In this document: positions 37,435 through 50,000 of the stretch, one piece after another
Layout: the number at the start of each line of letters is the position of its first letter
How positions within the stretch are numbered: the first letter of the stretch is position 1
DNA from: Dipteris shenzhenensis
Lineage: Eukaryota
Assembly (NCBI GenBank): GCA_047967505.1
Contig: CM106538.1
DNA length: 64,000 bases
Strand: one strand, 5' to 3'
Notes under the pieces: generated by a model
What the model was told of the DNA's origin: nothing
The model's input: the letters and a program-made list of their open reading frames with translations, nothing else
The model's database searches: none
Made by a program: the position numbers and the translations under genes

Positions 37435-39944
37435 AACTAAATGGCGGAATTCTGGTAAGGGCAGGCTGCTCTTGCGCTGTCAGGCTTGAGGCTATGGCTG
37501 GACTTGAAGTCTCGCCAGTCTTTATAGAAAATAGCCCAGCTATTCTGGAGGCTGTGCTTCCTAGAAAAGCCCAGCCACGCTTTCCAGAAAAGCTGGCCTC
37601 CCAAAATTGGGGCTTAAGCTAAAATTAGCATGCACACCCTCCAATCTTGGAGGGTCGATGCTTTTTTCTGCGCCACCTTCCAAGCTTGGAAGGTGGTGCT
37701 TTTTCGCACCTCAGCCACCCCTAGATGCCACCGACCGCACCCTGCTCAGCCTAACGCACCCCCTGCCTGGGCCGAGTTCTGCACCATCTGATGGCGCAAC
37801 TCCTCAGCCTCTCCTACCAGCGGCACTTACCTCTCTGCAGCCCTGACCAGCATCTCGATTCCATCTCCTACTGATCAGCCCTGTTTCGCCTCTCTTCCCC
37901 ATTCTCCTAGCTAGAATTTCACTCCCTCTCTCACGTAGACTCTTCAGCAATTTCGTAATCAGGTCTCTCCTTCTTCCTGCCTTTTCCAGATATCTCTTCA
38001 CCCCTCCTTCTCCAGGTAGACAGCAAAACACGCAGCAGGAAATCTCGAATTTCAGGGCATACCTGGAAGAGAAATCCGTCAAATTTCTCGTATCAGAAGT
38101 TCCTACCTCAGGAGTTGGCTCTGATACCAACTGACACATCCCAGCACTCCTGAAACCCCTGATCTGCAAAATAACCACACACAACATCAGAACTGAGCAG
38201 GCTGCTCACCACCCAACCGTGACATCTACGGGATGTGATCCCGAATCAGAAGATGTCCCCCCGAGCCACGAGCTGAGCTACTGGTACGAACTCCCAATCA
38301 GATCCCAACCAGCCTGGTGTCCCATACCACCAGGTGGCGCTGTGAAGCCCTGGATCTGCCACTGGGCCTTGGGCTACGCTAAGATGCAGGCGCGCGTCCG
38401 CGACACAATCCAGGATCAGACCTAGTACCTGGGAACGAGACTTGCTCCCAACTGCTCACTGAGAACTGAACCCCCTGGGCCTCTTTTATAGACTCGGGCC
38501 CCGGCGCCAAAAATAGCGAAGACCTATAAATAGTTCGTACCCTTGCCACTCAACCCGAGAATCAAGCCTGCCTAGCTCTAAGCCTCCCCAGGCTAACCTG
38601 AGCTAGTTCTGTGTACCTAGTACACGTCAGATACCGATCCGTGCACATGACACCATACTAGCAGAGTGGATGGATACAGATGACATGCCTATCACAGAGT
38701 CCACTTGGTTGGGAGATTTTACAGGGACGGGTATTCCTTTACAAGTTATTGCCTTGCAGGATGCACTTGAGGAGACCCTTGTCTTTAATGTTCAGTCGGG
38801 AGGCAGACTTCTTAGATCTTCAGATGATATTCTTTTGGAGGTTGCCTTCCAGCCTGTTAGGATTGCAGGTTACATGAAGTGGGGTAAGAAGTCTCAGTGG
38901 TATCTAGATCCTGACCTTGTTCTCCTGGCACTTGGGTCTTGGAGACTATGGTTATATGGTGGTTCGCCCATTAGGTTCTTGCAATGGGACCCAGGGGAGT
39001 GGGAGTGGATTGATGAAGGGCACCAAGAGAAGAGCATCCCCTTCTTTCATTACACAATCAGAAATGCCAGGAGATTTTAGCTTAGCAGCAGAGGTTGGAG
39101 ATCCTCCAGAGCTCCTCATTGGGATAGTTTTTGGATTTCTACAGAGGTGCATAAAAACTTTTGGAGGAGGCTCTTGAAATCCCTCAGGAATAGAAAGATC
39201 ACTCTCTTCTTTGGCTTTCTATGCATGGAGCAATTGCACTGAACCTATGGAGATCCAAGTTCGAGGCTGATCCTACTTGTCAGTTCAACATTGCCTCTAG
39301 GAGTGCAGACAAGCGAGGATGGATCTGGAAGGGTGTTGCTAGGATTTTTTGCATATTTCATAGAGCACACTTCTTCATGACTTGGGGTCAGTGGCATGGT
39401 TATCTCTTACTGGTCCTCAGGTTTTTTTCAAGGGACATGACTCAAACTCAGCCTTTATTATACAACGACACTCTGTGAAGTCTTGTTCTCTCCAGGATGT
39501 TCCCTTCACTCCTTTCAGAGCTGCTCATGCCTCGGCGGACGCATCATGGGAGATTCTAGCTAGCATTGCATCTTGGCATATTTGGAGGGCCAAATATACG
39601 GAGACGATGGAGGGTTCCTAGGTTCACCCCTCCCAGTCTATGGCTAGTATATGGACGGATACTATACACACATTAGTGGCCATCTGGGAGAGCATGCAGG
39701 GATCCTCTAGAGTAGCTACTGCTAGGAGAGGTATTTTTTTCAGAGTTTGGAGAGAATCTCCTTTCTTCTCTGAGTCTCCTTCAGAGTTGAGGTGGCACTT
39801 TCAGCAACCACCTTGGATTTTTGTTAGCTCGTTTTGAGCGGGTTTTTTTCTCATGCATGGCATGATGTACTACCGCATTTGAGCTTGCTCTTGCAGTTTT
39901 CGTTCATACTTAATGAAGTAATCTTTTTTTTGGGGGGGGGGGAA

Positions 39945-42733
39945 ATGTGATTTTATTGGGTGTTTATTGGTATGGCTATGTAATACTTTTACCCAGTTCA
40001 GAGTAAGGGGGGGGTGACAAATTATGGTTCTCACTGCCTATCGCAACTGACCGAGAAGTCACTATCACACAGGAGGTGTTGGGTAGTTGGACTTGCTCTT
40101 TGTAGTATTATAGTGGAGGGGGGCTCGGTTTACTCCTTGCATGTTGGGTCTCACACTCTTTGCTCTGAGGGGAGATGTTGGAGAAATCATAGTCAAAGAG
40201 TGTTCTCATGTGTACTAGAAACTAGTTTTATGAGTCTTTGTGTGAGAGAGTGCCATGTGGCATATTGGGAGTTATCCCATATACATATGGTACTTGAGTG
40301 TGTGTCCACTCCATATGGTGTTGTACCTTCACTTGTCACATCAATCAACTCAGTGGAGCTTTTGGTTGTGTAAGTGATTTCATTTTGCTTCCTGTCTTTC
40401 CTTCCATTTCATTTCATTTCCAATTCAAGTTATGCTTCCTGAAAGATCATAGTGGTAGGGAGAGAAGCAAGCTAACACTAGGAATGGAAAGGAAAGATAA
40501 CAAGCATAATGGAAATGAAATGGAAAGAAAATGAAAGCAATGGATAAGTACTCACATGATACCAAAGAGCTTGATGTTGACTAATATTATAGACAATAGA
40601 CAAGTACAATACTATATAGTGTGCCACTAGACTCTAGAACATCACAATGCCTATGGGATATCTCCCAATATGACACGTGGCATGTCTAGGACTCACTAGA
40701 CTATAAAACCACACCTAGATCACCTAGAACACTCATTTTAGACTCACTTTGGCTTCATATTCCAACACTCCCCCATGAAGGCAAGGTGAGAGACTACTGG
40801 AATGGAACTAAGAACAGAACATGACAATGACGGTCTAGGGTGAGGGACTATTGGAATGGAACCAAGAATAGAACATGACAATGATGGTCATCAAATTGTG
40901 CATCCTATGTAACTCACAGGCTAAAGTCTGAGCGTGCTCAGAGGTTGATCCAAGCGCTCTCATGGCTTGAGACTCAACATGCTCAAAGACTCACGTTATA
41001 GCATGGCTACATGATCAGCTCATAGGTCTAGGAATACACCATCATCCTGGCCTAATAACAAGACCTATCAAAGCCAATACATGGCACAATACATCCCCCT
41101 CTAAACCTATCAAAGCCAATACATGGCTCCAACAGTACATCCCCCTTTGGCTTGATAATAGGACATGTTAGGAAGCCACACACCAAAATAAGAAAACCAA
41201 TACATTTTTTTAGAAGTACTATCCAAGGCAGAGGACCTTTAGATTCAATGAAAACCAAACACTCAATACATATCATTTTAGGGGGACTACCCAAGGCAGA
41301 GAATCCCAAAATTCATCAAGTTGTAGGAATAATAAAAATAGATCTCTTAGAAGTAAGAGATGTCCTCCAAGTAGCTAAGGCACGTGTGTGCACATCCCTA
41401 CAAGTTGATGATGATATCGATGAAGCGCTAGGTAGGAATGCCTCAAAATATGTGTCGGTGAAGTCCATGGGGTAGTTACATGGAGCACTCACATGATGAC
41501 TCTCAAAATGCCAAAAGGAGAGTCACCAATGTCGAAGTAGAAGCCTCAGGTACCACGACCAATTGGGAAGTCAATCAATGCGAGGTACCTTAGGCACCGA
41601 TCGAATAAGCAATGTTGAAGAAGTCACTTGTTGATGTAGAGTGGTCTACATCAAGCTCGATGTAATGCACTAATCAGAGAGATCACTATAGTGGAGTGTG
41701 TCGTAGTAGTATCGAAGAACTCACATCTAGCTCGAGAAGTCTTCACCAAAGTTTGGAGTAGTCACGTGAAGGAGTCATGCAATGTAATGTCAAGAGCTCA
41801 CATCAAGTGATGGGCAGAATATGGGCACCAACTTGCGGGCAGCAACTCCAAGAGAATGTCGGGAAGGAGCAAATGGCGGACTGGAGAAGAGGTCAACGAT
41901 GAAGAGGATGTACAGCTCCACGTTGAGCTGGCTGCATCATGCTTGGGCTGTCAAATCATTGAGCTCCAAAACAAAACTCGCGTGCAAAAACAAATTTCGT
42001 CACTTCTTGGAAGGGCTGTAACTTTTCACAGAAAACTTGGATTGCAATGATGTAAAGACGAAATTTGTAGTACTCAAGGTCCTCTACAACTTTGCTGAAG
42101 ACACAAAGCCATGATTCTACTTCTAGATCTGGATAGAAGCGTCACATCATCTGCAGGTCACAGAAAGATGTAGCTGAAGGAAGGAGAAGAGAGGTGGCAG
42201 ATCATGGCATGGAGAAGAGAGCTCAAGGAAGGAGAGAAGAGGGCAGCCTTCCAAGGAGGAGGAGGTAGAGTAGCTTCATTGGCCTCCCTCACCTCAACCT
42301 CTTGGAAGGGAAAGGGAAAGAGCAGGCCTAGGAACATGGCTCTGATACCACATGAAAGATCATAGTGGTAGGGAGAGAAGCAAGCTAATACTAGGAATGG
42401 AAAGGAAAGATAACAAGCATAATGGAAATGAAATGGAAAGAAAATGAAAGCAATTGACAAGTACTCACATGATACCAAAGAGCTCGATGTTGACTGATAT
42501 TATAGACAATAGACAAGTACAACACTATATAGTGTGCCACTAGACTCTAGAAAGTCACAATGTCTATGGGATATCTCCCAGTATGACATGTGGCATGTCT
42601 AGGACTCACTAGACTATAAAACCACACCTAGACCATCTAGAACACTCATTTTAGACTCACTTTGGCTTCATATTCCAACACTTCCTTCCTTCTAGCTCCC
42701 TTGTCTCCTTTCATCCTCCTTTCAGTTCCTTCA
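39945..42733 (+). mobile_element. 3' end and 3' LTR (40176-42733, interrupted) of LTR family B
   Basis: Matches the reverse complement of 47043-47365 and 48205-48560; PPT before TGTTGGAG. Confidence 0.85.
40440..42680 (-). mobile_element. Complete non-coding, non-autonomous LTR element A
   Basis: 328-bp LTRs (40440-40767 and 42353-42680), CTTCC TSD, Met-tRNA PBS and PPT; no gag or pol recognised. Confidence 0.93.
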
Positions 42734-43788
42734 GTTTTTGATCTTTTATAAGTTTGGTGGTGTTCCCTATGTTGAGGTGACATTGGCTTGTAAAAAGTTG
42801 TTATCATCTTCCTAGACACAAACCTTCAACAACTCGAATATTGTATTTGATCTTTATTGAATATCTCCTAAAAAATGATTATCTTACTAAAAACAAACAC
42901 ATTTTTTACATATCTGATGTAATGCACAAGCCAGCTCCAACTTCTTGAAAATCCAAGTTCATCACATCAATCTGGGCTTTTTTTTAAGTAGAAAGCCACA
43001 AAATGATGATGAAATCCAACAAAATAATTGGATGATCAAAAAACAGTTGGGATAAAGGAAGTTTTCATGGTCATGCATGCATTGTAGAATATTTATCAAC
43101 TTCATGCCTTTTGAAATTATTCACCTGCCATTCTCCATCATGTACCCATCCAATGCTTTAAAAAGAGGCATCCCATATATGGTAATTGTTTTGATTATCA
43201 ATCTAAAGATCATTGGCTCTGACTTTTGAATATAGAACCATATATTTTGAGATGACTTTTCATAGTGCTTCCCAGGCATTGCAATTGATTCATATTGTCT
43301 TTAAACAAATTCAAGTTTTACATTCTTCATGTTCAACGCTTCATCACCTGCAGTTGAAATTGATTAGATAAGAAAAATCGTCATAGCAAGCTCAAATAAT
43401 CTAAAGTCCAACCTTTATGAATAAGGGTTTTCTCCTCATCATGACTGAATGGCACATTGTCATGAAAGTACAACCCTAAAGCAAGCATAAACTCTACTTT
43501 CATATGAGGGAACCACTAGTTCTGAGTATGTAAAGGCTTGATAAGAACAAGGACATTGAGATTTGTAAGCCCAAGAGCTGTTTGGTTTTGTTCTTCTTTT
43601 CAAGCCTTCAAGAATTGCCACTGTTAAATCGGGTCCAACTCAAACTTCTACAATTGTCTGACATTAAATTAAAGTGCATCGTGACACAAATTCATCTTAA
43701 GGCTAGTTTCTAAGTGTCACAAGGCATACTGCCCAGAACTCAGAGCAAAATATGTGGGGTCATATCCCTGTCTTTCTAAGAAAATCCC

Positions 43789-44452
43789 AAAATAATTCCA
43801 TTGAAGTACAAGGTGATTGTCAATATAATGTGAATAGAGGAGCTTCAAGAACCATGATAGTAGATACTTCGTTATGTGTCATTTGCATAGAAACTCTTCT
43901 ATACTTTGTGACAAATCTATTCATTGATAAGAGAAATGTACAATGTACTTAGGAAGCAATTGCCTTGCATCTTTCACTACTATCACATTTTCTCCTGCCC
44001 TGGTATGATTCACATTTTATTGTCCTGCTAGAAGAAAGGATAAGAGCATCATCCCTATATTATTGCTGTATGGTATTGACATTTCAGGATTGATGGCTGT
44101 ATATACTCCTGTTCCATGTATAGCTCACAATAATTCCATTGAAGTTTATCACCGTAATGTGAATAGAGGAGCTTCAAGAACCATGATAGTAGATACTTAC
44201 TTGTCATTTGCATAGAGACTTTTATATACTTCATGACAAATATATTCATTGCTAAGAGAAATGTACAATATACTTAGGAAGCAATTGCCTTGCATCTTTG
44301 ACTACTATCACACTTTCTCCTGCCTTTGTATGATTCACATTTTCTTTTCCTGCTAGGAGAGAGGCTAAGAGCATCATCCCTGTACCATTGCTGTATTGTA
44401 TTGAGATTTCAGGATTAGTTGCTGTATATACTCCTGTTCCATGTACAGCTCC
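43789..44452 (-). repeat. Tandem duplication of the ART gene's last ~200 coding nt plus 3' UTR
   Basis: 43789-44128 aligns to 44129-44452 with substitutions and small indels. Confidence 0.85.
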
Positions 44453-45327
44453 ACACCTGATAGGAACACCTCCTGTACCTCCCACCTTGAAGCCCTCCTG
44501 TATAATCTTTTCAATACTTTCTTTAGTGGTTCCATGGAACACAAGCATTTCAGATGTAGGCCATTTCTGATTAACAAAGTTTGCTTTCATTTCATTGTAA
44601 CTCATACTAAGTATTGCATTGTGTATGACCTCAACCTTAACCACCTGCACAGAGACCAAAACGAATGGAGAGGCTGTCAGTATAAAAGATGAATGAGAAC
44701 AACCACTTCAGTGTAAATTTTCATGTCAATGAACAAAATCATAAAAATAATCTGTGAATTCGTTTTGAAAGTAAGAGCAAAAGATGTAATGAGGATAATG
44801 AACTAGTATAGAGGAAGAAGCCCAGAAGTTTTCAATGCAGCAAGAAGTCAAAATTATCCGTACAGATCTTCTGGAAGAGTTCAAGATACATTAACCTACA
44901 ATAATCCATACATTCCACAGAATATAGATGATAAAATGGCTATGATGCTACATAGTGAACTTAGGAGACTCAACCACGGCTGCTCACCTTTCTTTCTTTA
45001 AGATTTGACATTCTGTAAAACTGAGATTCTGCGAGTCTAAAATGGTACTCTGTAAAAGTATCACCCAAGAAATTTGGGGCTGGCATCAAGGAGGTTCTTG
45101 AGAAACTTCCTTTAGCATGTTTCTGTAAATCCATGTACTTAGGAGTATTGATATCGTCATTGTCGTAATGAATGATGTATCTGGGAATAGCCAGACGTGG
45201 ATCGTAAATTATGTACTCATCATATAATGTTCCCCCACTGTGCTCGCTGTCTCTCATAGAATAAACAGAGTCCCAGCCTTTTTTCCGAACTTTTTCTAGA
45301 TCCAGATCTGGCTTTGCCTCCTTAACA
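44252..45327 (-). CDS. 3' exons (45327-44988, 44644-44252) of a protein with tandem PARP/ADP-ribosyltransferase-like domains; 5' part not found
   Basis: TGCAG acceptors and a GTGAG donor give an in-frame phase-0 join. The first domain ends GWDSVY...YDEYIIYDPRLAIPRYIIHY; the second has FHGT..I..II.EGF, HGTGVY, ISIQYS and QLLPKYIVHF. Confidence 0.88.
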
Positions 45328-45468
45328 CTGCACATGCAGAGGAAATTCAGGAACACAAGAAATATCTTATTGCATTCAATTTCTAACCTAAATCTTTAGT
45401 ACCAGAAAGACTCCAATATCAACATAATTAACTAGATCAGTTTGTTTCCTTCCACTGGCTCTTCCCAC

Positions 45469-46091
45469 CTTAGCCTGTGGTTCACTTTACAACTAATAAA
45501 GCTCCCCCTTGAAATGCATTGGGCATCTGCGTTAAGCCCAATTTATTCCTTAAGTAACACAAATTTCCTACTTTTGTTTGCTTATGTTAATGTATCAGCA
45601 CTCATATCCTCTGGCTGCGCAATATCCTAGAAGAAAAAAGTGGTATTGGATGTCAATATATTGTGTGCTGCCCTATATTTTTTTCTATATGTACACAACG
45701 ATTGGGTTGTCTATGAGAGACATCATGAGCTTTTGAACTGGCTTTGGCTGCCTCCTGGGAAAAGTCTTAGCCTGTGGTTCACTTCACAACTAATAAAGCT
45801 CCCCCTCGCTATGCATGGGCATCTGGGTTAAGCCCAATTTATTCCTTGAGTAATGCAAATTTCCTACTTTTGTTTGCTTCTGTTAATATATCAGCACTCA
45901 TATCCTCTGGCTGCGCAATATCCTAGGTTATTTGCAACTTTTGGGAAGAAAAAAGTGGTATTGGATTGTCAATATGTTGTGTGCTGCCCTATGATTTTTT
46001 CTAAGAATTAGTACACCACGATTGAGCTGTCTGTATGAGAAACATCAGTAGCTTTTGAACTGGCTTTGGCTGCTTCCTGGGAAAAGTCTTA
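45469..46091 (-). repeat. ~300-320-bp tandem duplication containing an exon-intron-exon-like gene fragment
   Basis: Units start CTTAGCCTGTGG at 45469 and 45766. DFSQEAAKAS..., a GT-AG interval (46016-45923), then DIAQPEDMSAD... ending in stops. Confidence 0.6.
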
Positions 46092-47042
46092 ACTCACAGT
46101 CTTGTATTCGGCCTCAATTGTTGATAGTGCAATTGCGGGCTCACTGCTGCAGCATCCATAGGCAAGATTAAAAAGCTGGATTTTAATCCAAGTCTCAACT
46201 ACCATCGCACTACCTCTGTACGAAAGAATCGTGGAGGCATACTCCTTTTCCCGCCTCCCAACACTCATTTCCAGCATCCCCACAAAAAGTGTCAAAATTG
46301 CTCACTGCAGCTGCAATGTGCCAATCATTGTACATATCAATGATGCGAGCATGATTCTTAATATTGTCAACCCATGCTTGGTCAACACCTTGGCCATCTA
46401 TGTATTTATCTTTCTACCTAGGGCACATGTGCACACATTTATCTTTTCTCAATGTCTTCACATACACATCAGTTCGAGATCTTGTAGTTTCTGCAGTTTT
46501 GCATGGATTAGGCTTCTTTCAAGATCCCGATTAGCATCTTTTACTTACTATTGGTGATCTTTGACATGATAGCCACTGCAGTGGACTATAACAGGGCTTG
46601 GATTGGCTCTCTTACCAAGAGAAGATTCTCAAGTTATGCTTCACAAGCAACTTGTGGATAGTATTTCTTCGACACACAACTGCCTAATAGTGTCCACAAG
46701 CAACTTGTGGACACTTTCTTCCACACACGAGTGCCTAATCATAGTCGAGTCTTTTGACACGACACATGCCTAACTATATGAGTTGGATGGTGCCTACTTG
46801 TATTCATGTAAGATCGGATCATCACTATCACTTATGTGTTCAGGTTATTAAGGAAGTCACCTAAATTTCATTTACCTTTGTAAGACTAGAATATGTCCAA
46901 TCATACAAATTTAGATTTTTTTGTTGTTCTAAAGACAAAAAATCATATTCAAGGTGACAATTTGTTGGTTAGGAGAATAACATTGGATAGAGAATCCAAT
47001 TGTGTTGGTTAGGAGAATAACATTGGATAGGGAATCCAATTG

Positions 47043-50000
47043 TGAAGGAAGGGGAAGAAGGTGGAAAGGAGGCTAGGGAGCTAGAAGGAAGGAAACATAA
47101 CTTGAAATAGAAATGAAAGGAAATGGAAATGGAAAGAAAGGAAAGAGCCAAAGGAAATCACTTACATGACCAAAAGCTCCACTTGAGTTGATTGATGTGA
47201 CAAGTGAAAGTACAACACTCATATAGAGTGGACACACACACACTCAAGTACCATATGTACATGGGATAAATCCCAAGATGCCACATGGCACTCTCTCACA
47301 GAAAGACTCATGAACTAGTTCCTAGTACACATAGAACACACTCTTTGGCTATGATTTCTCCAACATCCCCCCTCAGTGCAAAGAGTGTGAAGAAAAGTAC
47401 TTCATGAAGTATGAATAAAAACCGTAGAGCAAGCTCAAGTGCGGGAGTACATCATGTCAAGCATGAGAAAAAACAGCTTAGAATAAGTAAACAAAAATCC
47501 CAGGTGGCGGCTAAAAATGCCACCTCATCCCTGAAGGAGAGTCAGAGAAGAAAGGAGAACCCTTCCAAACTCTGAGAAAAGCAACCCTCCTAGTAGTAGC
47601 AGTCCTGGAGGTTCCCTGTATGTTCGCCAAATGGCCATCAAAGTGTGTATAGGATCTGCCCAAATACTGGCCATAGTCTGAGAAGGGTGAACCTGGGAGT
47701 CCTCCAAAGCCTTTGTACATCTGGCTCTCCAAATATGCCATGCTGTAACACTAGCCAGAATCTCCCAAGATGTGTCTATAAAAGCGTGGGGAGCTTTGAA
47801 TAGAGTAAACAGAACATCCGGGAGGGAGCATGACGTGTCGTCGAACAAAGAAAGCTGTGTCTGTGTCATGTCCCTCGAAGAAAGCCTATGGACCACTGAG
47901 TGACAACCAAGCAACTGATCCCCAGGTCATGAAGAAGGGTGCTCTATGAAAAATGCAAAGTATCCTAGCAACACCCTTCCAAATCGTCCTCGCCTGAGTG
48001 CACTCCCAAAGGCAGTGCTGCACTGACTCAACCACTGAGTGGCATCGAGGACATGTAGGGTCAAACCTGGATCTCCACAGGTTCACTGCAATCCCTCCAT
48101 GAATAGTAAGCCAGATGAATAACGTGATTTTCCTATTCCTGAGGGATTTCCAAAGTCTGCTCCAAAAGTTTTTCTGCATCTCTGCAGAAATCTAAAAAGT
48201 ATCCCAAAGAGTGTGAGACCCAACACGCAAGGAGTAGATTGATCCCCCCTCCACTACAATACTGCAAAGAGAAGGTCCAACTATCCAACACCTCCCATGT
48301 GATAGTGACTTCTCAGTCAGCTTGTGACTGGAAGCCCCTTAGAGCAAAGAGTTTGAGAACCAACACGCAAGGAGTAGGCCAATCCCCCCTCCACCGCAAT
48401 ACTGCAAAGAGCAAGTCCAACTATCCAACACCTCCCATGTGATAATGACTTCCCAATCAGCTTGTGACCGGCAGGGTAGACCATCACTCGTCACCCCCCT
48501 TACTCTAAACTGGGTAGGAGTCTCGCATAGCCATAAGAGTAAACACCCAATACAATCATTTTTGGGGAAACTACCTAGGGCAGAGTACCCTTATTGACTC
48601 CAAAGCCACAAAATCATACATCATTTTAAAGGGACTACTCAAGGCAGAGGACCTTTATCGACTCACATAAAAGAGATCAGAATACATATGGGTCGTCATC
48701 CTCAAGAGGGTGACATGGGAAGTTAGTTCTTGGTCGGAATCTCCTCTGGGATCTCCTCTCCTTCAACCAAGTTGGCATGATGTTGGTCTTGTTCTTTTTC
48801 TTTCTTTGTGTAGCAATGTGCTTCAATATGGTCCTCACGCTTGCAATATCTGCATGTGATGTTCTTATGGGCTTTCTATTTACTGGGGGAGGCAAGAGCC
48901 TCTCTAGTGCCTGATGTAAAGAGCGGAGATTCTTTTTTGAGAACAAGAGTCACCATATCATCAAAGGTTGTTGAGGCAAGTCTAAGTACTTTAAGAGTGT
49001 TCTTAAAATGAGAGACTCCTTCCATACTCTTCATGAGGACAGCCATTTTGTCCTCATCATCAAGTGAACACTTCAGGCTGGAAAGTTGTTAAACAAGAGA
49101 TTGCATTTTTGCCAAGTGTGCACTTAATGCATCATTTTCCTCCAGTTTTAACTTATAAAATTGCAGCTTCAAGAAAACCTTGGAGTTTGTGATATTATTA
49201 CCAAAATTATTATCGAGATGCGCCAAAATCTCCTTGGCCATCGATTTGAAGTTGATATGATGAATCAAAGTGTCAGAAAAAGTCCAATAAGAACAATGGC
49301 TCTTGAGTTTTGTTGCTTCCATATCTTGAGGTGTTGAAGATCCATTGTTGTGGTGTAGTCATGGCAACATGCAAACCCTTATATGGACAAAGAGTCGCTC
49401 ACCCCCTCAAAAGAAGAGTCATGAAGAAAGAGTCCCCCTCCCCCCCCAAAAAAAAGAAAAAGAAAGAAAGAAAGAAAGGGGAAAGAAAGAGGCACAATTT
49501 TGATGTGCAGAAGGTGGTGATACTCACCGACAAGCTTGCAAATAATGCCAAGGAATTCTGTATGCGTACACATAGGAAAAAACATGAGGACACTAGGAAC
49601 AACAGCCTCCTTCAAATGTGTATCCATGCAACAGCATTGTATGTGAGAGTGGGATTGACGTATGCATGAATGCGACAGCATAACAACATAATTTTCCTCC
49701 AAGCACGACATCAGGTCGGCAAATGACAAGAAAGATGATTTACAGAGTAGGTATGTTGAAATCATCCTCAATTACATCCCATAACATTTTCTTTCATGAC
49801 GAGCAGCTGCATCTTAGTTTGCCAAGTGGGAAACCCCTCGCCCTTGAACTTCTCCACAATGAGGGATGTGGAAATAGAAGTCATGGTGTGGCAGCTCCAA
49901 GAACGGGAAGATGCAAGCATAAGAAGAGGCAGCGGGCAGGGAAAAGATGCAGCGCCAAGAGACACAATGCGGGCAGCAGGTAGGGAGAAGATGCAGCGCG

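Larger units (their letters stand above)
31974..38652 (-). mobile_element. Intact Ty3/gypsy chromovirus LTR retrotransposon
   Basis: 521-bp TG..CA LTRs (31974-32494 and 38132-38652), CCATA TSD, TGGTATCAGAGCC PBS, AGGAGGGGGAGTA PPT and a single open ORF. Confidence 0.98.
28300..39930 (+). mobile_element. LINE family B with near-complete decayed ORF2 (APE endonuclease, RT, zinc finger), hosting two nested insertions
   Basis: LYAPN, IGGDFN, IDRFY, SNHFPV, WRPITLL, DFEKAYD, RQGCPLAP and LADDTA. Sequence resumes colinearly after 31669 and after 38652. The 5' boundary is approximate. Confidence 0.9.

Noticed and set aside
40440-40767. Retrozyme (hammerhead within a ~330-bp LTR)
   Set aside because: No CTGANGA core seen on either strand.
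42940-43360. Possible exons of a downstream gene (HIWDASF.SIGW)
   Set aside because: Splice-like sites are present, but the frames contain stops and no domain was recognised.
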